The translations under genes and the position numbers were made by a program. The notes beneath the pieces were generated by a model that was not told the DNA's origin, made no database searches, and saw only the letters and a list, made by a program, of their open reading frames with translations. Shown piece by piece: positions 20,308-28,683 of a stretch of DNA of 64,000 bases; position 1 is the stretch's first letter, and each line of letters opens with the position of its first letter. Source of the DNA: Patescibacteria group bacterium. Its GTDB lineage: Bacteria > Patescibacteriota > Dojkabacteria > GCA-002793355. The stretch spans positions 591,462-655,461 of the forward strand of contig BOKM01000001.1 in NCBI GenBank assembly GCA_016860985.1, given 5' to 3'.

Positions 20308-20376
20308 CTGGTATTTTGTCCCCGCTGCCTGCTTCTGTTTCATGGTGTGGATTTTCATAGTCACACAAAATAGTCT

Positions 20377-22407
20377 GTGCAAGTTGATAGTATCCATATT
20401 CAGAGGAGTCATTATTGTCCGGCTAGAGTAAGACAAATGAGTCGCAATAATGTTTCGATAAAGTTCGCACTATTTACGGTAGTGGTCCTGGAGTATTTGT
20501 TGTTAGTGTTTACATTTTTAGGAAACAGGGTGAAAGCTGATTCCTTCTACCCTGAAGCAGACAATTTTGTTTCGGAGGTGGATTTCTATTATGGATTATC
20601 TTTCTCGCCACGAGCTCTTCCTCTTGTGACATATGATCTCGAACAAGCTGTTGGAAGAAATAGGTCTGATGTTACCGCAGAGGCAATGTATGCAGAAATA
20701 AGTAACCCATCTTCCAGTTGGAGCGAGAGAAGGTTGGTGCTCCCCCCAAGTTCAGATGTTTATCTCGATATTTTAGGCATAAACAAAACCTCTCATATGG
20801 TTGGGGTAAGTAAGTTTTGGTTATTTGTCCAGCGGTATGGGGTGGAGGGAGTAGATGTACTTCTTGAGTCGAGTAATTCAATAATTTACAGAAATATTGC
20901 GTTGAACTACCAAGGTAGTTTAATTACAAAAGGTGGAAGGAGTATTGAATTCCAAGGTTTGGGGAATATAGCAGCGGTTGATGGTGCTGGTAACGTAGGC
21001 AAAAAGCGGAAAGAGGTATATGTAGGCCGTGTTCTTCAACCGATTGAGGTGCGTCTTGATTCGGTGTCGTGTGGAGTGCAATCACGGGACGTGGTGTTTG
21101 AAGTAAAAAATAACGGCAATGCAAAAGCAACAATACGATATAAGAATACGATTTTAGGGGTGAAAGAACAAACCCTTGAGTCATCAACTGTGACTTCGGA
21201 GGTCATGCTCGAAACAGAATACGATCTTCAAGAAGCTATGTTTGTAGTTGAAGTTGAGGAAAGTGAGAATTATTGTTTTGAGGACTTGGGCAGGGGCTTG
21301 TTTGAGTCACCGCTTGATGCTCATGCTGTACTTGTTGCGCGTAATGACGAAGGAAAGCCTTTATGGGGAGGTATTGTCGCGAGTAAACAGATAGAAGGTA
21401 ATTCGCCACGTTTCTGCATTAAGAGGATGGGTTACTCAATTGAAATACCGCTGGAAGAATGCTCGTTGCCAACAAATTACCAAATAGAAGTCTCACAAGC
21501 CTTTGTGACTCTTCCAGCTAACACAGAAATTAGGATTCCGTTTCGTATTCTTAATGTAGGGGGAGAGTCCAAAAATCCTATTTCTTTGACCCTTGCAGCC
21601 CCTGAGGAATGGAAGGAGTGGCTTCAATTAAAGCTTCAAGAATCACCATCTATTGTTAAAGAAGGGGATGAGTTTGGATTGTTGTTAGATAAAAACACTT
21701 TTATTACTGGCGAGATAATAGTTACTTCCCCTGTATTGTTTAGCCATGCTCAAAGTGATGACTTTGCTTTTCGACTTGAAACCCAAGGAAAGTCGGTAAG
21801 TATTGGACTTCACCCAGAAATTAGCGGGACATTTAAGGTTGTTACTTTTGAACAAGATTGTAGTAATGAAAACTTATTTCGGCTTGCCACCTACTTTGAT
21901 TCAGTAGGATTGGTAGTTAACCCAACGATATATCTTTCTATGGTGGGGGATTCGTCTCAGGCTGAAGGAGTGGAGGTTGTTGTTGTAAAAAAAAGAGGTG
22001 AGGTCGTCTTTGAAGGAGGAATTCCTGCTGAGGGTGTTGAAGTAGAGTTTAAGGGAAAATATTACAAGGGATCGGTTGAGTTTGAAATTTTACACAAACC
22101 GCCTGTGACTGGTGGTTTGCGTGCATCACCGGCAGTCAGTGGAGTTACTGCTAAGGTTAGGAGGTGCATTAAACGTACGGCAAAAAAACCAGCAGTAGGG
22201 GCGATACGTGAGGTGTTTGTTTCGAGTGCTCCGGTTTTGGGTGTGCGTTTTCCTGCTTTGCGAAACGCAGTACAAATATCAGAAAGTATTGATAAACTTG
22301 AACCTACACAGTCTGTGGAAATATCGTTGTTTTCGTGGATACTTCTATTATTGATTATCTTACTTGCGAGCGTTGGTTTTTTGATGCTTAAGAGGCTATT
22401 TTCCTAA
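20377..22407 (+). CDS. Hypothetical exported protein with C-terminal membrane anchor (start may be about 20437)
   Basis: Signal/TM near the N-terminus, beta-rich body, a VLG motif and a terminal TM followed by KR. Confidence 0.65.
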   Translation: MQVDSIHIQRSHYCPARVRQMSRNNVSIKFALFTVVVLEYLLLVFTFLGNRVKADSFYPEADNFVSEVDFYYGLSFSPRALPLVTYDLEQAVGRNRSDVTAEAMYAEISNPSSSWSERRLVLPPSSDVYLDILGINKTSHMVGVSKFWLFVQRYGVEGVDVLLESSNSIIYRNIALNYQGSLITKGGRSIEFQGLGNIAAVDGAGNVGKKRKEVYVGRVLQPIEVRLDSVSCGVQSRDVVFEVKNNGNAKATIRYKNTILGVKEQTLESSTVTSEVMLETEYDLQEAMFVVEVEESENYCFEDLGRGLFESPLDAHAVLVARNDEGKPLWGGIVASKQIEGNSPRFCIKRMGYSIEIPLEECSLPTNYQIEVSQAFVTLPANTEIRIPFRILNVGGESKNPISLTLAAPEEWKEWLQLKLQESPSIVKEGDEFGLLLDKNTFITGEIIVTSPVLFSHAQSDDFAFRLETQGKSVSIGLHPEISGTFKVVTFEQDCSNENLFRLATYFDSVGLVVNPTIYLSMVGDSSQAEGVEVVVVKKRGEVVFEGGIPAEGVEVEFKGKYYKGSVEFEILHKPPVTGGLRASPAVSGVTAKVRRCIKRTAKKPAVGAIREVFVSSAPVLGVRFPALRNAVQISESIDKLEPTQSVEISLFSWILLLLIILLASVGFLMLKRLFS

Positions 22408-23409
22408 GAATAGTGGTCTTAGCTTCTCCCAATTTGCTTTTGTTACCGCACCAGCCTTTAAATAGTTCTCGATATCATGTAACTCGAATTTTTCAATTTT
22501 TTCTGCCAGTTCATGCTCAAATACTCGTTGGTCTGGGGTGAGCGGAAGCGCGAGGTAATCGAGGCCTATAGATTTCGCGTGACTAGCTCTTGATGCTCTC
22601 AGTACGGTAATTTTCATGTCCTGTCGACTGGTTGGGCAGGGCTTATATTGCAAGTCGCTCGTGAGTATCTCTTCAATGAATAATTGGGTCGCAGGCAGAA
22701 GGGTTGAATCGGCTTTTAGAAGCCGTAGGGCATCTAATACCGAATCGGGTGGGGTTGACCTGTTTTCGTACGCTAATGCTATCTCTTTGCAGTATTCGGT
22801 TAACTTTTTGATTGCAAGGGCGTCTCTTTTTGGGTAGTTCTCCTCTAAAGCTGGGTTAAGTTTCTCAAAAAGTAATGCATCGAGTGACTGTTTGTTTGGA
22901 AAGAGCACAAATTGTTGCTGTCTTCCAATAAAGCGGAAACCTGTGGCAAAGTTAAGTTTGATTGTCGCGAGGTTGTTTTCGTAGGTTCTTCCGTAAATTT
23001 TCATAAATCCTAATGAGAATAAGTAGTCAAAAAAACTTTCGTAACAGGCTTTGGCATATCCTTTCCCTCTGTACTTTGTGTCAGTGTCAATTGCTATTGA
23101 GATATAGCAACTCTTAACGTCCCAGTCGATAAGTTTGATCTTTACGTATCCAATGTATTTTTCTGATAGGAGTTTCTTAATTGTAAGTACATACGTAATC
23201 TCTTTTGGTGGATTCGCGTACATTTTCTCCAAGGATTTTAACTGCTTTTCTTTTGAAATCTTTGTTTTTGTCCTAAATAGTGTCTTTTGAATATCAGAAT
23301 TAGAGAGAAGTTCAACAATAAAGTTAAGATGCTTATGTTGCAAAGGCTGAAGCTGAAGTTCCTTAACTTTTGTTTTGAGAGTTGGAAAGTTTTGCATGTT
23401 TTTCTTCAA
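22396..23409 (-). CDS. GNAT (RimJ/RimL-type) N-acetyltransferase with C-terminal extension
   Basis: YIGYV, YRGKGYA acetyl-CoA motif A and N.ATIKL....GF. Last gene of the ATP-grasp operon. Confidence 0.85.
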   Translation of the reverse strand: MKKNMQNFPTLKTKVKELQLQPLQHKHLNFIVELLSNSDIQKTLFRTKTKISKEKQLKSLEKMYANPPKEITYVLTIKKLLSEKYIGYVKIKLIDWDVKSCYISIAIDTDTKYRGKGYAKACYESFFDYLFSLGFMKIYGRTYENNLATIKLNFATGFRFIGRQQQFVLFPNKQSLDALLFEKLNPALEENYPKRDALAIKKLTEYCKEIALAYENRSTPPDSVLDALRLLKADSTLLPATQLFIEEILTSDLQYKPCPTSRQDMKITVLRASRASHAKSIGLDYLALPLTPDQRVFEHELAEKIEKFELHDIENYLKAGAVTKANWEKLRPLFLGK

Positions 23410-24403
23410 TGTACTGCACTATTTCTGCTGCGACGTTAACGCCGGTAGAGGATTCAAACCCTCTAAATTGAGGAGCACTATTAGTTTCAATAAGTACTGG
23501 ACCACTTTTGGGCAACATAATATCTACGCCTCTTATCTCTGCATTCTGAAGTCTTACTACGTCAAGTGCAAGTTTTTGAACCTCGGGGGTTATGTCTATG
23601 GGGTACGCATTGGCGCCTTGTGCCACGTTGCCTTTCCACTGTCCCTCTTGTGGTTCTCTTCGCATTGCGCCGAGTATCTTTTGACCAACAACGAACACTC
23701 TCACGTCCCCCATGTAGTCGATACATTCCTGAAAGAGCAGGTCGCCTACTTTTAATTCTTCTGTTCTTAGTAGTTCAAGAACGTCTTTCTTTGATGAACA
23801 CTTAAATACACCTTTGCCCTTTGAACTTTCGGACTTTTTAACGATTAGTGGATACTTCATGTAGTCAAGAAGTTGCAATAGCGACAATTCTGAGGTCACG
23901 GCAAATGTTTTTGCGTAAGGATATCCATCGCTGCTAGTTTTGTAAAAGGTTCCGTGTTTGGACTTATAGTACATCTCCTTCCCGATTTTCTCGTCGACAA
24001 GAGTTTTGTTATGGGACAGGAGGTAGTGGGCGAGAATTGTTGACCATTCTAATGTCTTTGAGATCTCTCTGAATAAAAATGCATCAAAGTAATTTATGTC
24101 AAAGTGATTTTTTACAGAGACCATTTTTTTTCCAAGCATACCTTTCTGCTCAATCTCTGCTTGAAACTCCTTTGGTGGGGTAATTAGAAGTGGTTGTTTG
24201 TCTGTAAACACTTCTGGGAACTTTATTTGCTCCTCTGTTGTTGGCGGCGTAAAGTAAATACCGAATTTTCCACCGTTAAAGAAGTTAGTCTCCACAATTC
24301 GTCGTTTTGAAAGGAAAACGGCCTCGTGGCCTTTCTTTAGTGCTTCGTATAGAATCCGATCACTCTCGTAATATGGATTCATTCCGATGATTGCAATCTT
24401 CAT
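23363..24403 (-). CDS. RimK-family ATP-grasp ligase
   Basis: YPLIVK....KGKGV, QECI, DVRVFVVG, WKGNVAQG, GVDI and ETNSAPQF. Confidence 0.9.
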   Translation of the reverse strand: MKIAIIGMNPYYESDRILYEALKKGHEAVFLSKRRIVETNFFNGGKFGIYFTPPTTEEQIKFPEVFTDKQPLLITPPKEFQAEIEQKGMLGKKMVSVKNHFDINYFDAFLFREISKTLEWSTILAHYLLSHNKTLVDEKIGKEMYYKSKHGTFYKTSSDGYPYAKTFAVTSELSLLQLLDYMKYPLIVKKSESSKGKGVFKCSSKKDVLELLRTEELKVGDLLFQECIDYMGDVRVFVVGQKILGAMRREPQEGQWKGNVAQGANAYPIDITPEVQKLALDVVRLQNAEIRGVDIMLPKSGPVLIETNSAPQFRGFESSTGVNVAAEIVQYIEEKHAKLSNSQNKS

Positions 24404-24405
24404 GG

Positions 24406-25314
24406 TTAATTGTGCTGTAATTTTTCAATATAGTCAACGAACATTTTTGCAACATTGATACCATGTGCTTGTGTAAATCCTTGGAATCCAGGGGTTCGAT
24501 TGACTTCGAGTAGGTATGGTTTTCCTTCCTTAGTGTAAACAACGTCTACACCGCCAAAGTTACAGTTAGTTGCTTTTGCTGCTTTTGCTGCAAGGTCTTT
24601 TAACTCACCTGTAAGCTCTGCTGGCTGTACTGTTCCACCGAGAGAGAAATTCGCACGAAAATCGCCCTTTTTAGGAATTCGAAGCATAGCACCGACCACT
24701 TGGTCTGCAACAACAAGAACTCGATAGTCAGCTGCAAGAGGTAAAAACTCTTGTATGTAGAATCTTCCAAGTTTGTTTTCTTCGTTTAGTTCGCTTAACA
24801 AGTTTTCAAGGTCAAGTCGATCATCGACTTTGTAGATTTTTGCTCCTTTACCACTCGATCGATGCTTAACAACCAATGGGTAGCCACATTCTTTTTCTAT
24901 TCGCGGGATGAGTTTCAGGTAGTTTGAAAGTGTGTGTGCATGGTATGTTTTTGGGAAAGGAAGCGCTGCTTGTACAATGCGTTGTCCATCAATGAGTTTG
25001 TTTATCATCATTTTCTCTTCTGCCAGATTGTTATCAACGACTAATTTCCCTTTGTTTTTCATGTAGGAGATTATGTTAAGTGCATATTTGAAGTAAGCAA
25101 ATACCTCGCGTACTAACAAAGCATCATATTGTGCAATATCTCCATGCTCACTGTGGGCAAAAAAGTCACCTTCTGGTCCATAATGCGCATAAACATCTTC
25201 AATTGTGATAATGTCGGCCTTCCATCCGGCTTTTGTAAAAGATTGTTGCAAAGCTTGTGGCTCGAACTTGTTTTTAAATCCTTTTTGGATAAGGATGGCA
25301 ATACTTTTTGACAT
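24406..25314 (-). CDS. RimK-family ATP-grasp ligase
   Basis: YPLVVK...GKG, QEFL, DYRVLVV, DFRANFSLGG, GVDV and LEVNRTPGF. Confidence 0.9.
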   Translation of the reverse strand: MSKSIAILIQKGFKNKFEPQALQQSFTKAGWKADIITIEDVYAHYGPEGDFFAHSEHGDIAQYDALLVREVFAYFKYALNIISYMKNKGKLVVDNNLAEEKMMINKLIDGQRIVQAALPFPKTYHAHTLSNYLKLIPRIEKECGYPLVVKHRSSGKGAKIYKVDDRLDLENLLSELNEENKLGRFYIQEFLPLAADYRVLVVADQVVGAMLRIPKKGDFRANFSLGGTVQPAELTGELKDLAAKAAKATNCNFGGVDVVYTKEGKPYLLEVNRTPGFQGFTQAHGINVAKMFVDYIEKLQHN

Positions 25315-25330
25315 TGCTAGCTCAATGAAA

Positions 25331-26836
25331 TTATTGTTGCCTCATGGCAAAAACCCGTGTAGGGTCTATAAGAAATTCCTTTAAATCTTTTCGTCCAATT
25401 ATCACAGGGTAGAGTAAGTCAGATCTGTTGCTTACATTCAAGTTATACGTTTTTGTAACTGCGCCAAGTGTGATAACTGCTTCTATAACTGGTCTAACTG
25501 TATAACCGTTTGTTGACTTTACCACGACAAAATCTTTAATTGTCTCAAATTGTCGTTGTCGTACTTTTTCATCATATTCTTCTCGAATCTCGTGTGCTTC
25601 TTCGAGTGTGTGATATCGCTTGGTAATGATGTTTTGGATGCCAATGAGCTCTTTGTACCCGAGGGCAATGGCTAGGTTGTAATCTATGGCAGATTTAAGC
25701 GCTCCAGTGTCAATCTTTGACTTTACTGACTCTTTTGGAGGTGTCATATTCTTTTTCTTACTCTTTTTTAGAAGATCAAGAACGGCTGGTGTGGGAGATA
25801 CAGAGACTCTTTCAACTAATCCAATGATTTCTCGTCCTGTAAGGTTTTCAACTTGTTCTTCAATCTCTCCACCAAATAGATTCCTTGCGATTGCAACGTA
25901 TTTTTCTACTGTTTTTTTCTTCTTGTAGCGCTGCACTTGATTCATTCTGAGTAAAAGACCTTCTTGATTGGCCAGTTGAATTGCAAGTCCTGGGCGTGCG
26001 TTTAACTCAAGAATCATAGGTCCCTTTTCTTTATCTATAACAATATCTACTCCTGCAAGTCCCAGTTTTGAAATCTGCTGACTTTTAACTGCGAGCTCAA
26101 GTACTTTTTCCCAGTAAGGAATTTTGATTCCTCGGAGGAGAAGCTTTGGCTCATCTAATGTTTCTTCTATTAAGTCGTAGCGATCTCCAATGAGGTCGAA
26201 GCCTTTTCTGTGTATCGCTGTAGTAGTTACCCCAGAACCAATATCAATTCCGACACCAATGCCCCCTGCGTGCAAGTTTGCTGTACCTCTTGATTCTCGT
26301 GTAGGAAGTCGTAATTCTGCCATAATTGGAAAAGAATTGTAGACTATAACGCGAATATCTGGGATTCCTCTGTAGGAGTAGGGCTTAAGTGTTGGGTGAT
26401 TACTAACTCGTTCTTCGAAAAAGGCAACATCTGCCTTTCCATCAATTGAATATTTTCCGTCGATTATGTCGGATACGTGCTGTTTTATCGATTCGACGTT
26501 CATCGTCTCCATGTTTGGCATAATCCACTCCAACTTTCCTTTCTTTTTTCCGTAGAAAACGATAATACCTGACCCGTGAGTCCCCTTGTTGGGTTTAATC
26601 ACAAAGCTGTTTGGAAGTGCTGCCCAGTTGATGTATTCGAGCTGTTGTTTGCTGCGGATAATTTTGAATAGTTCAGGAGTTTTAATCTTTTTCTTCCCTA
26701 GGATACGTTTTGTCAAAAGCTTGTCATCAGCGTAGCGCTTATACTTTGGCGGATTGAGTCTTCGTATAAACCCTAAATTTCGCTGGTTAATTCCCAGTAT
26801 TGATCTTGAGAATTCAGAAAGTGAAAAGCCAAACAT
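25331..26836 (-). CDS. Alpha-L-glutamate-ligase-like ATP-grasp protein fused to a RimB-like (retropepsin/'ATP-dependent Zn protease' family) domain
   Basis: Ligase motifs ILGINQRN, DDKLLTK, FVIKP..G..G.GI, GIPDIRVI, ANLHAGG and LELNARPGLAIQLAN. C-terminal KIDTGA...RP...R....YPVIIGR..L..FLIDP. Confidence 0.88.
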   Translation of the reverse strand: MFGFSLSEFSRSILGINQRNLGFIRRLNPPKYKRYADDKLLTKRILGKKKIKTPELFKIIRSKQQLEYINWAALPNSFVIKPNKGTHGSGIIVFYGKKKGKLEWIMPNMETMNVESIKQHVSDIIDGKYSIDGKADVAFFEERVSNHPTLKPYSYRGIPDIRVIVYNSFPIMAELRLPTRESRGTANLHAGGIGVGIDIGSGVTTTAIHRKGFDLIGDRYDLIEETLDEPKLLLRGIKIPYWEKVLELAVKSQQISKLGLAGVDIVIDKEKGPMILELNARPGLAIQLANQEGLLLRMNQVQRYKKKKTVEKYVAIARNLFGGEIEEQVENLTGREIIGLVERVSVSPTPAVLDLLKKSKKKNMTPPKESVKSKIDTGALKSAIDYNLAIALGYKELIGIQNIITKRYHTLEEAHEIREEYDEKVRQRQFETIKDFVVVKSTNGYTVRPVIEAVITLGAVTKTYNLNVSNRSDLLYPVIIGRKDLKEFLIDPTRVFAMRQQ

Positions 26837-26839
26837 GAT

Positions 26840-27484
26840 TTATTGGTTTTTTAATATAGAACCAAAACGAAGTAACTCTGTAAACCTAACTGCAGACCAA
26901 AAGGCAACAATTGCGTCAACAATCAATACGAATATGAGTACCTCGTGATGTGCCGCGAGAAAGGTATTCCAGGTACTCCAGGTAATAAGAAGGCCAGCAA
27001 ATAGTGAAAGTACAACGGTGGTCGCAAGTCTGCGAATAAACTCTTGACTGTCTTTTTTGAATAGTAACGTTGCCAGCTCGTCGATTGTCGTTGCAATAAG
27101 GAAAACACCAATACCAAAAAAGTGGTCACTTACTATTGAGGCATAGGAAGTCTGCGCAATTACGGCCATTGCGATAAGAGAAAAGAAGGTCGCGCCCAAG
27201 TACATAACTGCGACACGTGCGTAGTAGTTAATTTTAAATCTCCTGATGAGATATCTTGTTGCGACAGCAGTACCGATAGTTAGGAGTGAAAAGAGGAGCC
27301 AAAGAACAACTGCAAACAGTGCTGAGTCGAGTAACTGGTAAAAGAAGTAATACGCTAGAGATAGCGCAATGACGGGATAATTCTTCCATGTTTTAAAACC
27401 AATCATATAACGAGTAATAGCAACAAGAGATACGATTATCGGAATATTGAGGAGGATGGCCGGGACGTCTGGTAAGAAAACCAT
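26840..27484 (-). CDS. 7TM protein of the type associated with alpha-L-glutamate-ligase-like operons (7TM_transglut-like)
   Basis: About 7 TMs, P....V...R..IG.KT, and a C-terminal RFTELLRF. First gene of the operon. Confidence 0.75.
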   Translation of the reverse strand: MVFLPDVPAILLNIPIIVSLVAITRYMIGFKTWKNYPVIALSLAYYFFYQLLDSALFAVVLWLLFSLLTIGTAVATRYLIRRFKINYYARVAVMYLGATFFSLIAMAVIAQTSYASIVSDHFFGIGVFLIATTIDELATLLFKKDSQEFIRRLATTVVLSLFAGLLITWSTWNTFLAAHHEVLIFVLIVDAIVAFWSAVRFTELLRFGSILKNQ

Positions 27485-27593
27485 GAGACGTTGTATTAAT
27501 TTAACTCTGTATTATATCAAAAACGTGTAGGAGAAGCCATTTTTTCGGGGCTGTTTAGTTGCTTGTTCGTGATAAAAAGAATACAATCTGGGC

Positions 27594-28151
27594 ATGATTG
27601 AAGTAGAATCTAAAATTTTGAATATAGATTGTGAATTAGTGAGAACCAGACTCAAAAGTATTGGTGCGCAGTTTATTTCGGAGAAGTTATTTCATACATT
27701 GTTATTCCGATTGCCAAAAGATCTAAGCAAGGCGACATTGAGATTAAGAAAAGAGGGAGAAAGAGCAGTTCTAACCTTTAAGACGATTGTTAAAAGCCCA
27801 GACGATTCAGTGAAAGTGAGAAATGAAATGGAAACTGAAGTGGAAAATTTTGAGATAATGAAAGGAGTGCTGCTTTCTTTAGGATATCCGGTGTCGCAAG
27901 AGTTTGAAAAGATTCGTGAAGAGTACCGGTTGGATGACGCAGTTATTGTTATTGACCAATTTCAAGGAAGGTATGCAGTTATTCCTCCTCTTCTGGAAAT
28001 TGAAGCTATTGATGCCATCGAGGTGATTCGAATAGCTGAATTGTTGGGGTATGAAAAATCGCAGCTTTCAAGTGCTGGATTGCGTGATTTTGTTGTGCAG
28101 TACAATCTAGGTGAACTTGATAGCGATACTGACAAGAGTGGAGGTTCTTGA
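27594..28151 (+). CDS. CYTH domain protein (class IV adenylate cyclase/triphosphatase family)
   Basis: N-terminal EVESK, LRLR, LTFK, E.E, K.RE.Y and LEIE. Confidence 0.9.
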   Translation: MIEVESKILNIDCELVRTRLKSIGAQFISEKLFHTLLFRLPKDLSKATLRLRKEGERAVLTFKTIVKSPDDSVKVRNEMETEVENFEIMKGVLLSLGYPVSQEFEKIREEYRLDDAVIVIDQFQGRYAVIPPLLEIEAIDAIEVIRIAELLGYEKSQLSSAGLRDFVVQYNLGELDSDTDKSGGS

Positions 28152-28157
28152 TATAAT
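28129..28157 (+). promoter_or_regulatory. tRNA-Arg promoter
   Basis: CTGACA, 17 bp, TATAAT with an extended -10 TG. Confidence 0.6.
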
Positions 28158-28165
28158 TACGAAGT

Positions 28166-28238
28166 GCGCCTGTAGCTCAACGGATAGAGCAACAGACTTC
28201 TAATCTGTGGGTTGTGGGTTCGATTCCCGCCGGGCGCA
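28166..28238 (+). tRNA. tRNA-Arg(TCT)
   Basis: GCGCCTG/CGGGCGC acceptor stem, ACAGA-CTTCTAA-TCTGT anticodon arm, GGTTCGATTCC T-arm. Confidence 0.95.
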
Positions 28239-28392
28239 GGTGAGTGACCACGCTGTTGCGTGGGCAGTCACCTGAGTATTCGGATTCGACCTTTACTCAG
28301 TTATCTCAAATCTTCAGTGTGTGAAGGAATCGATTGCGTAGCAATATAGACGCCGCTTTATTGTGATGTAGGACATATTCCCGCCGGGCGCA
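28223..28392 (+). repeat. 16-bp direct repeat of the tRNA-Arg 3' end (att-like)
   Basis: ATTCCCGCCGGGCGCA occurs at 28223-28238 and again at 28377-28392. Confidence 0.9.
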
Positions 28393-28683
28393 TTTTTATA
28401 TGTCCTCTAATCCAGTAAATCGTAAAATTTCCCGTTGTTGAATGGATGTGGTCGCGCGGTGTGTTTCCCAAGGGTTCTTTTGCTAGTTATCTAATGCGTA
28501 AATTGGAGTGGTTTTGAATTCGTTCTATTACCCAAACATGAAAAAAGTGAAAATGTAGAACAGGTGCACTGTGAAACACTCTGAGTTGTAAACAGAGGAG
28601 CTGTTTCACAATGCAGACGAAAGTGGCAAAAAGTACCGAATTATCCACTTGTTTTGTGTGTATAAGTCTTGTATATTTAATCA

